NCBI GenBank assembly: GCA_020057555.1
Contig: JAGVFR010000028.1
Location: forward strand, 12,444 to 76,443
Source: a bacterium
Lineage (GTDB): Bacteria; Patescibacteriota; Patescibacteriia; UBA9934; GWF2-40-263
DNA length: 64,000 bases
Reading direction: 5' to 3'
This document shows positions 27,580 through 37,500 of this stretch, piece after piece. Position 1 is the stretch's first letter; each line of letters opens with the position of its first letter. The notes under the pieces are model-generated. The model had not been told where the DNA came from and ran no database searches. It saw only the letters and a list, made by a program, of their open reading frames with translations. Position numbers and translations under genes: made by a program.

Positions 27580-28968
27580 TCAAAAAAGTTTATCCACAGT
27601 CCCAGAATCTACAGATGGAGTTTGAGGAGAAAGAGGAGGAAGTGGTTCGTGTGGCGGTTCAGGCGAAGGTGGTGGTGGTGGTGGTGGTGGTGGTGGTGGA
27701 AGAATTACTTTTTTCTTTCGCTTGTTTCTATATAGTATAACACCAGCAAATAGCAAAACTACTAGAATACCTAAACCGATAAACGAATTTGCGAACGATC
27801 CGGCTTTTCCAAAAATTGACCCACCGATTCCTGAACCGGAAACTTCAAATGAAACTTTTTGCGCATCAGTTCGTCTTTTCCCATATTCAATATACGCTTC
27901 AATAGTATACATTCCTTTGTTTGAGCCGGGATCATATATTTCAGAAAAGACCATCTCATCGCCTCTTCCTACCACATAGCTCTTGCCTCGTAATATATCA
28001 ACCACTTCATCCCCTCGATAAACAGAAGCTACAAATACCGCGTCAACATCAACTTCACCTGTATTTTGAAACACAACATCCACTTTTACCTTTTCACCGA
28101 GATTGTAACTTGGTTTATTTACGCTCACGCCTGAAATTTCCCCTTCTTGCGCAAGAGTACCTTCTGTATAAACAATGAGCGGACTTACTGCTTGCAGTGT
28201 TCCAACTTCTGCCCCGTTTGAATAAAAGACAGCTTGCACTTTATATGACCCTTCAATAAGCTTGGGTTCAAGCATGATAGGAAATTGTTGATACGGCTTT
28301 CCAGCTATAACTGGCTCAATCCCGGAACTTGGAACCTCAACACTTTCAATAAATTTTTCATCTTCGGTATTTATAAAATCAAAACGAATTTTTTCAATTC
28401 GCCAATCAACATTTCCAGTATTGCTGACTTGATATGTTGCTTGAACTACTCTTCCAACTTCTGTTTGATCAACGGAAAACGCTTCGAGTTTATAAGCGAG
28501 ATTTTCCACGCCTCCAACAGTAACCAAAATCTGCGCCGTAACTCCGGTAACGACCATGTTGCCTGTTTTAACATCTTCACCCAAAGCTTCTTCATTTATT
28601 TTCAAAAACCGCAAACGCACTTCATAATTTCCATTTGGTGCGTCCCCTGGATTTATATCAAATTCATACTGAACAGAATTCTGCCCGCTTAACATCACAA
28701 TATCTTCCTCACCGCTTATAATAAAAGCCGCGTTTTCTCCTGCTGGAACAACATGTATCTTGACGTTACCTATGTCTTCCGGCGCACGATAAAGTCCCAC
28801 TGTTCTTGATTGTGTTGTATTTCTCAAAATTGAAGGAATCTCAACGGTCGGAGGCGACAATCCAAGCGCCAAAGCCGGATGAACGAAAAAAAAGAATCCT
28901 CCAATTATCAACAATAACGAGAGGAAACCTCCGCGCAACATACTCAAAGATAAAATTGATGTTTGCAT
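27580..28968 (-). CDS. Cell-surface protein with three tandem ~120-aa Ig-like repeats, a C-terminal TM anchor and a cytoplasmic poly-Pro tail
   Basis: Signal peptide. Repeats begin with L/I-S-P-P. ...GILVVLLFAGVILY is followed by KKKVILPPPPPPPPPPPPSPEPP. Confidence 0.6.
   Translation of the reverse strand: MQTSILSLSMLRGGFLSLLLIIGGFFFFVHPALALGLSPPTVEIPSILRNTTQSRTVGLYRAPEDIGNVKIHVVPAGENAAFIISGEEDIVMLSGQNSVQYEFDINPGDAPNGNYEVRLRFLKINEEALGEDVKTGNMVVTGVTAQILVTVGGVENLAYKLEAFSVDQTEVGRVVQATYQVSNTGNVDWRIEKIRFDFINTEDEKFIESVEVPSSGIEPVIAGKPYQQFPIMLEPKLIEGSYKVQAVFYSNGAEVGTLQAVSPLIVYTEGTLAQEGEISGVSVNKPSYNLGEKVKVDVVFQNTGEVDVDAVFVASVYRGDEVVDILRGKSYVVGRGDEMVFSEIYDPGSNKGMYTIEAYIEYGKRRTDAQKVSFEVSGSGIGGSIFGKAGSFANSFIGLGILVVLLFAGVILYRNKRKKKVILPPPPPPPPPPPSPEPPHEPLPPLSPQTPSVDSGTVDKLF
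27653..27686. repeat. (GGT)11 / (CCA)11 trinucleotide microsatellite encoding poly-proline
   Basis: ggtggtggtggtggtggtggtggtggtggtgga. Confidence 0.9.
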
Positions 28969-28974
28969 AAATCT

Positions 28975-29319
28975 TTATCTGAATGAAACAAAAACTATGA
29001 GCAGTGTGATTATTAAAAACAAACCAGACACATATAACATTGTTTTAAGTTTATCAACATTTTTGGAATATGCAAAATAAGAATGTTGATATGACGAATT
29101 TGGATCTCGAGAATAAATCTTTTCAAAACTTTTTGCCTTGTCGCTAAATGCCATTAAAGGCACATGCTTTGCATCGTCCGATGTTATGAAAGCATGAAGA
29201 ATTGTTGAAGCTAAAAAACCGATTGAGAATCCCCAAAATAATTGATAAGCGGCAATCAAACGAAATAGATCAATAAGATCTGTCATGATTGCCTGAAGTC
29301 CAAAGAAAAAATTATCCAT
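28975..29319 (-). CDS. Small integral membrane protein (2-3 TM)
   Basis: Hydrophobic segments at both ends. No recognisable motifs. Confidence 0.4.
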   Translation of the reverse strand: MDNFFFGLQAIMTDLIDLFRLIAAYQLFWGFSIGFLASTILHAFITSDDAKHVPLMAFSDKAKSFEKIYSRDPNSSYQHSYFAYSKNVDKLKTMLYVSGLFLIITLLIVFVSFR

Positions 29320-29369
29320 ACCTCTATTTTATGTTATTATATCAGAAATCACAAAGCAATTGTATACAC

Positions 29370-29882
29370 ATGTTCCTATTCTACATTAAACAGACATTCA
29401 AGATCGTTATCGCGTTCGTGTTGATTTTATTATTTGTCAGAGCTTTTATTGCTGAACCAGGACGCGTTAACGGCCGTTCAATGGAACTCACTTTTCTTGA
29501 CGAAGATTTTTTTGTTGTAAATAAATTTACGCTTTTGTTTCGCGAACCGCGTAGAGGAGACGTAGTTCAATTCATTGATCAAAAAGAGAAAAAAGTCGTT
29601 ATCAAACGCGTGATCGGGCTTCCTGGAGACAAACTCTCCATTAAAGACGGGAGGGTATTTTTACTTCAACAAAATATAGGATGGGTCGAGCTTCAGGAAA
29701 GCTATCTAGCTCCTGGAATAAAAACTTATTCAGAAACACAACAAGACACAATTTATCTTCCAGTTCCTGAACATTCATATTTTCTAATGGGAGATAATAG
29801 ACCAATGAGCGGGGACTCGCGTGTTTACGGTTCTGTTCATAGATCCGCTATTTACGGGCTTGTTATTCGACCGAATTTTTGA
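29370..29882 (+). CDS. lepB: Type I signal peptidase (LepB family)
   Basis: The catalytic Ser is in NGRSME. The Lys is in VIKRVIGLPGD. C-terminal box GDNRPMSGDSRVYG. It is oriented opposite to the flanking secreted-protein genes. Confidence 0.8.
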   Translation: MFLFYIKQTFKIVIAFVLILLFVRAFIAEPGRVNGRSMELTFLDEDFFVVNKFTLLFREPRRGDVVQFIDQKEKKVVIKRVIGLPGDKLSIKDGRVFLLQQNIGWVELQESYLAPGIKTYSETQQDTIYLPVPEHSYFLMGDNRPMSGDSRVYGSVHRSAIYGLVIRPNF

Positions 29883-31513
29883 GGCCAGTAGAGTGTGTCG
29901 TCAGAGTTAAACTCCGCTAGGTCTGCGATCGATCCATTCCTAGCATCAACAAGGGAAATTTTTTCGCGATCATCAGACAGCACACGTCGCTGAATATATA
30001 TTCCATCTTCCAAAGGATAAAACAAAGAACCGAACTGAACAAAAAACCAGCTCTTCTCCAAACGCACAAAACCAAACTTACCGGAAAATGGTTTTGTATC
30101 AAACAGCGGTTTTATCTCGGTATATTCGCTTAAATTCAGCTCAACATCTTGCGTTTTGGAAAATTTTTTCGTCCACACATCAAACACATACGCGCTGTTT
30201 GTTGTATTTACCAAAAAGAGTTGGGTTCCGTTATCCATTGGCGACACTGAAATTATTTTTTCATTCAAAATCTTATCAATAAAAATGCAATCCAATTTTG
30301 GAAAAATCTCCACTTCGTTTACGCACCAAAACGTAGTATTGTCGCTATTTCGAGTCCCTGAAAATAGAGCGTATTTCCCATAAGTATTTGTCGTAATTGA
30401 TGTTATATTCCAATCCAATTCAGAAGCGTCATAACCCTGTATTGAATTCCAATCAAAACGGAATATGTTATTAGAGTATTCTTGCTTAGCTGTGTCATCT
30501 TTTGGTATTGCGTATAATAAATTTTTTTGCGGTAAGAAAAAGTCCCATTGACCAATAATTTCTTGTTCTTCAGATATTGCTGAATTTATTATAGTACTGG
30601 TTTTATTTTGATTTGTAACAATAAAAATTGGATCCTCAATCGATATTTTTTGCGTTGTATCAACACTTACAAGCTTTGATATTATTTTTGATCGAAATAT
30701 CTGTTTGATTTGGTTACCAAAAGAACTTATCCATCTAGCTCTAAAACTTTTTTCAAAGTTGTGTTCTCCAATAGTCGCTTTAACAGCGCTTATGGTCGCC
30801 ATATCAAGCGAACCTACATCAACAAAAGTGTCTTGAACCTGCTTAGGAGAAATGGGACCTTGAAAAACAGAAACCAGACTGCTTTTTTGCCCTGTTTTTT
30901 GTGTAATATCCACTTCAAATGGAATTGATTTGAGTAATGCTTCAGAGTCGTTACGAATTGCCAATATAATTTGGCGTTTATCTTGATCTAATGAAAGCCC
31001 TTCAATAAAAACGGAATCGCCGTATTCTTTATCTGTATATTCAGTAGACTGATCAATATCGGAAGAATCCAAAAGATGTAAAATAATTTTTACTTGAGCG
31101 CCGATAAGCACTTTATTACCTGACCCAAATGACGTGCTTGTCGTACTAGTAAAATCAATAGCAGTTTCAAATTTATCCTCTGTGTCCAGAACGTTTGAAT
31201 CAATCGTGAATTTGAAAACGACGTTTCCTTCCCCAAGAGGAAGACGAACGCGCGTTCCATCAACAAACGAAAAAGCTTTGGAATTTCCATCTTTCTTTTT
31301 GACAGTGATCCATTCATCTTGTTTTGGATTCGCGCGGAGTATATTTATCTCAATTTCCGCTTTCTCACCGCGAACGACTTCTTGCTCGATAACAGAAGGA
31401 GATACTCCAAAATAACTTGCATACGCCGCATTTGGTAATAGAAACGCGAACACAAAAATGCTTAAACCTAACGCTGACGTAAAATTACGCAAAGATATAA
31501 ATTTCGGGATCAT
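29852..31513 (-). CDS. Secreted protein of unknown function (553 aa)
   Basis: Signal peptide, then YFGVSPSVIEQEVVRGEKAEIEINILRAN, an N-terminal module shared with the neighbours. Confidence 0.55.
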   Translation of the reverse strand: MIPKFISLRNFTSALGLSIFVFAFLLPNAAYASYFGVSPSVIEQEVVRGEKAEIEINILRANPKQDEWITVKKKDGNSKAFSFVDGTRVRLPLGEGNVVFKFTIDSNVLDTEDKFETAIDFTSTTSTSFGSGNKVLIGAQVKIILHLLDSSDIDQSTEYTDKEYGDSVFIEGLSLDQDKRQIILAIRNDSEALLKSIPFEVDITQKTGQKSSLVSVFQGPISPKQVQDTFVDVGSLDMATISAVKATIGEHNFEKSFRARWISSFGNQIKQIFRSKIISKLVSVDTTQKISIEDPIFIVTNQNKTSTIINSAISEEQEIIGQWDFFLPQKNLLYAIPKDDTAKQEYSNNIFRFDWNSIQGYDASELDWNITSITTNTYGKYALFSGTRNSDNTTFWCVNEVEIFPKLDCIFIDKILNEKIISVSPMDNGTQLFLVNTTNSAYVFDVWTKKFSKTQDVELNLSEYTEIKPLFDTKPFSGKFGFVRLEKSWFFVQFGSLFYPLEDGIYIQRRVLSDDREKISLVDARNGSIADLAEFNSDDTLYWPQKFGRITSP

Positions 31514-32910
31514 AAACTGAAAATTTGTAAGAATTGTTTGATGAATTTTGGAAGAGGATATTTTGGCACAACGTGAACGACAATAGTTTTTTGAACTATA
31601 TTACCAGCAAGGTCAGTCGCGTCAACAAGAAAAGAAAAAGTTCCAAATTTCAAACTTGGAATCTCTATTTTTGATTTGTTAAGTTTTTGAGGTCCGGAAG
31701 TTACTGTGTATTCTCCAACTCCGGAAAGTTGATCAGACACGTCAATCAACAAATTATGATTGGAAAATGAAAACCAAGATTGTTTTTTTGTTTCAAGATT
31801 GGCTTGAATGTTCGGAGGTTTGGTGTCTATTACAAGGCGTTGCGTTATAATTTCTCCAATTCCTTCCGCGGTTTCTCGCGCGATATGTAAAAAGTATATC
31901 CCGTCATCAAGCGAAAATGTAGCTTGCGGAGAACGTGTTTCTAAAACAAGATCGTCAAGCGATGCGTCCTGTTTTGTGTTGAGAACATACTTATAAATAG
32001 AGGCAGACTTAAGGCCTGGTATTTCAAATGTAAGAACAATGTCAGACGAAGCAAAATAAGTATTATCTTTCAAAAGCATTGAAACAGGGCTGATTAAAGA
32101 ATCGAGGGTTTGTAAACCAGGATCTGTTGATGTTTCCGAAGGTTGTTCTATCTTGCCATGTTCTTTGGAGATTTCGTTTGTATCTTGAGTCTTATCGTTA
32201 ATCATTTTTTCATCTGATGTTGATTTTGTATTCAGCAAATCTTCATTATCGGTCGTTGTAGAGACAGGAGATTCTTCAGGTGTGCCAGAATCTGGTTGAG
32301 AAATTTCTTGTGTCGTTGTTTGCTGTTCTGAATTTTGCGAGTTATCTGTCGTTGTATCTTCTTGAGTCGTTGTTTCTTCTTGACTGGAATCATTGGATGT
32401 TCCTGAAGAGCCACCAGATGAAGATCCTCCTGAACTTACAGTACCAACAGATGAAATAACTCCGGTAGAAAACACAGTCACAGCCGTAGCTCCTGTGATG
32501 ACCGAATTGCCAATTGTTCCTGAATCACCAGAAGCTGGAATCAAAAAATCAACAAATATTTCAAACGGCCCTTCAGAAGCAAAATCCGGAACTACATTAA
32601 AACTGTACCAAACCTTATCAGTTCCACTCGTTATAATCAGTTGCGGCGAACCCTGAAAATAAGCTTGTCCGCTTTTGCGCGCCGAAACATTGATTGTCAG
32701 ATCTCCGGTATTATCGTTTGCGCTTCGTATAATCCAAAGTCCAACAGTTTGCATACTGCCAACAGGAATTGTCCCAAGATCAAATTGAGGCGGTGAAATG
32801 CCAATTGCACGCGTATCGTTGACGCGAAAGAAAAAAAATACTATTGCGGTAGCACAAAATAAAATTACAAAAAAAGACAGACGGAGTGAATTTTTAAGAC
32901 TATCTTCCAT
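31510..32910 (-). CDS. Secreted protein with a Ser/Thr-rich linker (466 aa)
   Basis: Signal peptide, then AIGISPPQFDLGTIPVGSMQTVGLWIIRSAN, then a low-complexity linker SSGGSSSGGSSGTSNDSSQEETTTQEDTTTDN. Confidence 0.55.
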   Translation of the reverse strand: MEDSLKNSLRLSFFVILFCATAIVFFFFRVNDTRAIGISPPQFDLGTIPVGSMQTVGLWIIRSANDNTGDLTINVSARKSGQAYFQGSPQLIITSGTDKVWYSFNVVPDFASEGPFEIFVDFLIPASGDSGTIGNSVITGATAVTVFSTGVISSVGTVSSGGSSSGGSSGTSNDSSQEETTTQEDTTTDNSQNSEQQTTTQEISQPDSGTPEESPVSTTTDNEDLLNTKSTSDEKMINDKTQDTNEISKEHGKIEQPSETSTDPGLQTLDSLISPVSMLLKDNTYFASSDIVLTFEIPGLKSASIYKYVLNTKQDASLDDLVLETRSPQATFSLDDGIYFLHIARETAEGIGEIITQRLVIDTKPPNIQANLETKKQSWFSFSNHNLLIDVSDQLSGVGEYTVTSGPQKLNKSKIEIPSLKFGTFSFLVDATDLAGNIVQKTIVVHVVPKYPLPKFIKQFLQIFSL

Positions 32911-33002
32911 ATCAGATTCTTATGATATTCTAACAAATTTTTCGGATATATTAAACTGACTCTTGTGCCGTTCCTGCTATTTTGTTATAGTCGTGCCGAT
33001 GT

Positions 33003-33078
33003 CGGGACGTAGCTCAGTAGGTAGAGCGCCTGGTTTGGGACCAGGAGGCCGCAGGTTCGAGCCCTGTCGTCCCGACCA
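33003..33078 (+). tRNA. tRNA-Pro (TGG), CCA encoded
   Basis: CGGGACGTAGCTCAGTAGGTAGAGCGCCTGGTTTGGGACCAGGAGGCCGCAGGTTCGAGCCCTGTCGTCCCGACCA. Confidence 0.85.
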
Positions 33079-33163
33079 ACTGCTGATAGATTCAGATGTG
33101 ACAGGACGGCTGCGTCGCTCGAGAGAGACAAACTTTGTTTATCTCTCCGCTCGCTATCCTCGC

Positions 33164-33189
33164 CGTTCGAGCCCTGTCGTCCCGACCAA
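33164..33189 (+). repeat. Perfect 25-nt direct repeat of the tRNA-Pro 3' end (T-arm plus acceptor), about 110 nt downstream of the gene. att-site-like duplication.
   Basis: gttcgagccctgtcgtcccgaccaa occurs at 33054-33078 and again at 33164-33188. The 85-nt spacer contains an imperfect palindrome gagagagacaaactttgtttatctctc. Confidence 0.8.
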
Positions 33190-33208
33190 TTCAACAAAAA
33201 ATGCAATC

Positions 33209-33282
33209 GCGGGTATCGTATAATGGTAATACTCCAGTTTTCCAAACTGGCACCAGGGGTTCGATTCCCCTTACCCGCTCCA
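33209..33282 (+). tRNA. tRNA-Gly (TCC), CCA encoded
   Basis: GCGGGTATCGTATAATGGTAATACTCCAGTTTTCCAAACTGGCACCAGGGGTTCGATTCCCCTTACCCGCTCCA. Confidence 0.85.
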
Positions 33283-33320
33283 ACACAAAAGCGGCAGTTC
33301 ATCTGCCGCTTTTGTGTTTG
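33283..33320 (+). terminator. Intrinsic terminator after tRNA-Gly
   Basis: aaaagcggcagttcatctgccgcttttgtgttt. Confidence 0.7.
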
Positions 33321-33428
33321 CAAACAATGACCTCCTACCAGCACTAAAATGCAGGGTTTCCTGAAAAATTAAAAAGGAGCGATTGAGTTTAATCGCTCCA
33401 AAGAAGAACGTGCAGTGTCTGCCCTGCT

Positions 33429-33803
33429 TCAGCAGTGCAACACTGTTCGCGGACCATGGATGAAGGCAAAAGCCCGAGGACCTCTTGGTAGTTGGTCAAC
33501 CTCGGTTCCTTCTTCAGTATGAATGAAGGCAAACGTCGCCTGTTTGAACAGTATGGAGATGTCCGAATCCAACACCGCTCCCGGCATCGGCTGTGTTGTC
33601 TCGTTCTCGCCCATGAAGAGCGCGATGTTGCTGAAGATCAGGCTGATGTCACAGTCAGCTGTATCCCGAACTTGTACGCCGATTTCACTTCCTTGCGCTT
33701 CCGCCAACGACTGAGGTCCGGTGGTGTCTGCCTTCTGCGGTCTAGCGATCGCCGTTCCGCAGACAAGCAACACTACCGCAAGGATCCCAAGAATCTTTTT
33801 CAT
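33429..33803 (-). CDS. Small secreted protein (~124 aa), GC-rich gene. The start is the internal MKKILGILAVVLLV of the 184-aa ORF.
   Basis: Signal peptide. AAGGA ribosome-binding site. Its own terminator GGAGCGATTaaactcAATCGCTCC plus a T run at ~33380-33410. About 52% GC. Confidence 0.5.
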   Translation of the reverse strand: MKKILGILAVVLLVCGTAIARPQKADTTGPQSLAEAQGSEIGVQVRDTADCDISLIFSNIALFMGENETTQPMPGAVLDSDISILFKQATFAFIHTEEGTEVDQLPRGPRAFAFIHGPRTVLHC

Positions 33804-33976
33804 GGTTTTTCCTTCGGTTGTTGTTGTACTTGTAACAAGAAAGCCCGCTCTCTTTTTGCCATCATCCAAAAACATCCAGTCTCCGCCTCCTTTCTGACTG
33901 TGTCTTTGGATAACAACCGAGACAGCTCTTGATCCCCGAACTTCAGAAACCAAGAGCTGGCACGGTGAATATAATC

Positions 33977-34459
33977 TTACCACTTTTTGTTTGCCATTGT
34001 TATAGCGGCCGCGAGCGCGTCTGCCGCGTCGTCTGGTTTTGGAGGTTTTGGTAAATGCAGAATTTCTTTTACCATTTTTTGCATTCCAGCTTTTGTCGCG
34101 GCACCGTTTCCTGTCATAGCTTTTTTAATTTGCGCTGGAGTAAATTCAAACACAGGAGTTCCTGATTGAGCGGCCATTAGCATTGCAACTCCGCGCGCTT
34201 CAGCAACACACATTGCAGTTGACGAACTTTTCCCAAAAAATAATTTCTCAATCGCAACAGCATGCGGTTTGTGATGCGCGAACAAGTCGCCCAAATCATT
34301 CGCCAAACTTAACAAACGATTTTCAAACGCGTCACCGCTTGTTGTAACCATAACTCCATAATCAACAAGTTCGACTGCTCCTGCATTTACGAAAATAACT
34401 CCAAATCCCATTCGGCCGTATCCCGGATCAAGACCCATCAAAATGTAACCTTGTTCCAT
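33977..34459 (-). CDS. ruvC: Holliday junction resolvase RuvC
   Basis: ILMGLDPGYGRMGFGVI...AVAIEKLFF...DAADALAAAI. Confidence 0.85.
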   Translation of the reverse strand: MEQGYILMGLDPGYGRMGFGVIFVNAGAVELVDYGVMVTTSGDAFENRLLSLANDLGDLFAHHKPHAVAIEKLFFGKSSSTAMCVAEARGVAMLMAAQSGTPVFEFTPAQIKKAMTGNGAATKAGMQKMVKEILHLPKPPKPDDAADALAAAITMANKKW

Positions 34460-34515
34460 AGTAAAGAGATGTTATCAAAAAACCGTTGCCCTTTCAAGAC
34501 AACGGTTTTCTTTTT

Positions 34516-37500
34516 TTATTCTTCAACTAATTCTTTCTTCTCATCCTCTCCAATCACTTTGTTCTCTGAAAAAGCTTTTTCAATTTCTCCCACAATCTCC
34601 CTTGTTGGTATTGTAATTTCAAGCTCTTCAGGAAGATTAATTTCACCGATCATTTCTTTCTGCATTCCTTCATATCCTGTTCCTGCTGGAATAAGTCGTC
34701 CGATAATAACGTTTTCTTTCAAACCTTCCAAACGATCAACCTTTCCAGTTACAGCCGCACTAATAAGAACCTTTGCTGTTTCTTGGAAGGATGCCGAAGA
34801 CAACCACGAGTCAGTTGAAAGCGAGATTTTTGTGATTCCAAGAAACAATTCTTCTGAAGTTGCTTCTTTTCCTTTTCCAACATCGTCGTTTGCATCGAGG
34901 AATGTTGCTTTTTCAATTATCTCACCTGGAAGAAGATCCGTGTCTCCCGGATCAAGCACACGCACACGAGAAAACATTTGATGAATGATAATCTCAATGT
35001 GTTTGTTGTTTAATTTCTGACCTTGGCTCGCGTAAATGAACTGAATTTCTTTTGACAGATATTTTTGAACCGCGGCTTGTCCTTTGTGTTTGAACAAAAC
35101 TTGCAAGTCCAAATTTCCATCAGTCAATGGATCGCCTGACTGAACTTCATCGCCATCTTTAACATAAAGAGTGTATCCAGGTGGGATGATGTATTCGCGA
35201 ATTTTTTCAACTTCACTTATAACATTCACAACTCCTGCTTTTCCAATTTTCACAACCCCGTCAACTTTTGACTCAATAACTCCGGAAGATTTTTCTGCCA
35301 AAGATTGTCCTTTAATAACCGACTCTCCATCTTTAACCAAAATCTTTGATGCTTTTCCGACAATGTGTGGTTCTTCTTCAATTGAAGTGTATGCAACCTT
35401 AACTGCCTTTTGTCCCGGACGAATATCAACGATTTGCTTTCCGGTTCCAGCTTGAACAATTTCGCGCTGAGCAATTTCAACGCTAACTTTTCCTGAAACT
35501 TCAGACATGATCGCTTTTTGTTTTGGATTGCGAGCTTCAAACAATTCTTCAACGCGTGGCAAACCTTGCGTGATATCTTTTCCTGCAACACCTCCAGTGT
35601 GGAAAGTACGCATTGTAAGCTGTGTTCCAGGTTCTCCAATTGATTGTGCGGCCATGATTCCTACGGCAGTTCCCATGCGAACGAGTTTGTTGAAAGCAAG
35701 ATCATATCCATAACACTTTCTACAAACACCTCGACGCAAGCGACATGTTGTAACACTTCGAACATGAGCTTCGGTTAGATTTTCACCAGCGGCTTCAAGT
35801 TCACGAATGTGTTCTTCTGTAATTATCTCGCCAGCTTTGACTATAATTTTTCTACCACCAGGTTTTTTAACATCAGATAACGCAGAGCGTCCAAGAATGC
35901 GAACAATAAGTGGTTCTCCGATTTCATCTGATTCCTCTTTTGTAAGATGAACTCCTTGATCGTCTCCGCAATCTTCTTCTCGTACGATTACGTCTTGCGC
36001 AACATCAACCAAACGTCGAGTAAGATACCCAGCGTTTGCTGTACGCAAAGCTGTGTCTGTCAAACCTTTTCGAACACCGTGAGAAGAAATAAAGAATTCA
36101 AGAACATCGTATCCATCTTTGAAGGAAGATTTAACTGGGAGTTCAATAATTTCTCCGGCTGGGTTTGCAACAAGTCCTTTCATACCGACCATCTGCGTCA
36201 TCTGACCCCAAGTTCCACGAGCTCCGGATTCAATCATTGTGTAAGCTGAACTGTCTTTTGATAAAGATTTTTTCGATTCATCCGCGATGCGATCTTTAAT
36301 CTCACTCCAAATTTTGATGATAGATGAATGACGCTCGGAAGCAGTGAGAAGACCTTGCTCAAAAAATTCTTCAGTTTCTCGCAAACGGCTTTCTCCTTCC
36401 GCGATCAGTGCTGGCTTGTTTGCAATTGTTGGAAGAGCTGACATTCCCCATGAGTAACCAGATTGAGTTGAATACTCAAACCCGAGTTCTTTCAAACGAT
36501 CAAGAAATTGCGCTGTAAGTTCAGAACCATTAAGTTCAAGATAGTATTTAACGATATTTGAAAGCTCTTTTTTGCCAAGTGTCTGGTTCATGAATGGAAC
36601 TTCGTGTGGAAATTGTGAATTCACAATAACACGCCCAGGACTTGTAATAAGAGTCTCTCCGTTTTTCAATCGAACAACACACCAATCTCTCCATTTAAGA
36701 TGACCAATGCGAACAGCATAGAGCGCGTCAGTTTCATCTGAAAAAATTGGCAAGCCAGTTTTTTCTTTTGGCATTGGTGTTAATTCCATTGTGAGATAGA
36801 AAATTCCCCAAGCAATATCTTTTCCAGGAGTCACAACTGGCCCGCCGTGCGCTGGCTTAAGCAAGTTTTTGGATGAAAGCATGATCTCGCGAGCTTCGGC
36901 ACGCGCTTCTTGAGTGAGTGGAACATGAACAGCCATTTGGTCGCCGTCAAAGTCCGCGTTGTACGCGTCACAAACAAGTGGGTGAATTTGAATGGCTTTT
37001 CCTTCAATAAGCGTTGGACGAAATGCCTGAATACCAAGACGGTGAAGAGTTGGAGCGCGGTTCAAAAGAACAAATGCGTCTTTGATTATCTCTTCCAAAA
37101 TATCCCAAGTCTCTGGTCTGTCTGACTCGATAAAACGATTAGCGCTTCGAATGTTATGAACGTATTCACGCTCAATCAGTTTTGAAATAATAAACGGCTT
37201 GAAAAGTTCAAGCGCCATTTTCTTTGGAAGACCGCATTGATCAAGTTTAAGATGAGGGCCAACAACAATAACGCTTCGTCCAGAATAATCAATACGTTTT
37301 CCAAGAAGGTTCTGGCGGAAACGACCTTGCTTCCCTTTCAACTGGTCAGCAAGAGATTTTAGTTGGCGCTTTTTTCCTGTTGCCGCAATAACAGTTTTGC
37401 TGTGACGTGCGCTATTGTCGATAAGTGCATCAACAGCTTCTTGCAACATGCGTTTTTCATTTCGAGAAATAACTTCTGGCGCGTTCAATTCATACAAACG

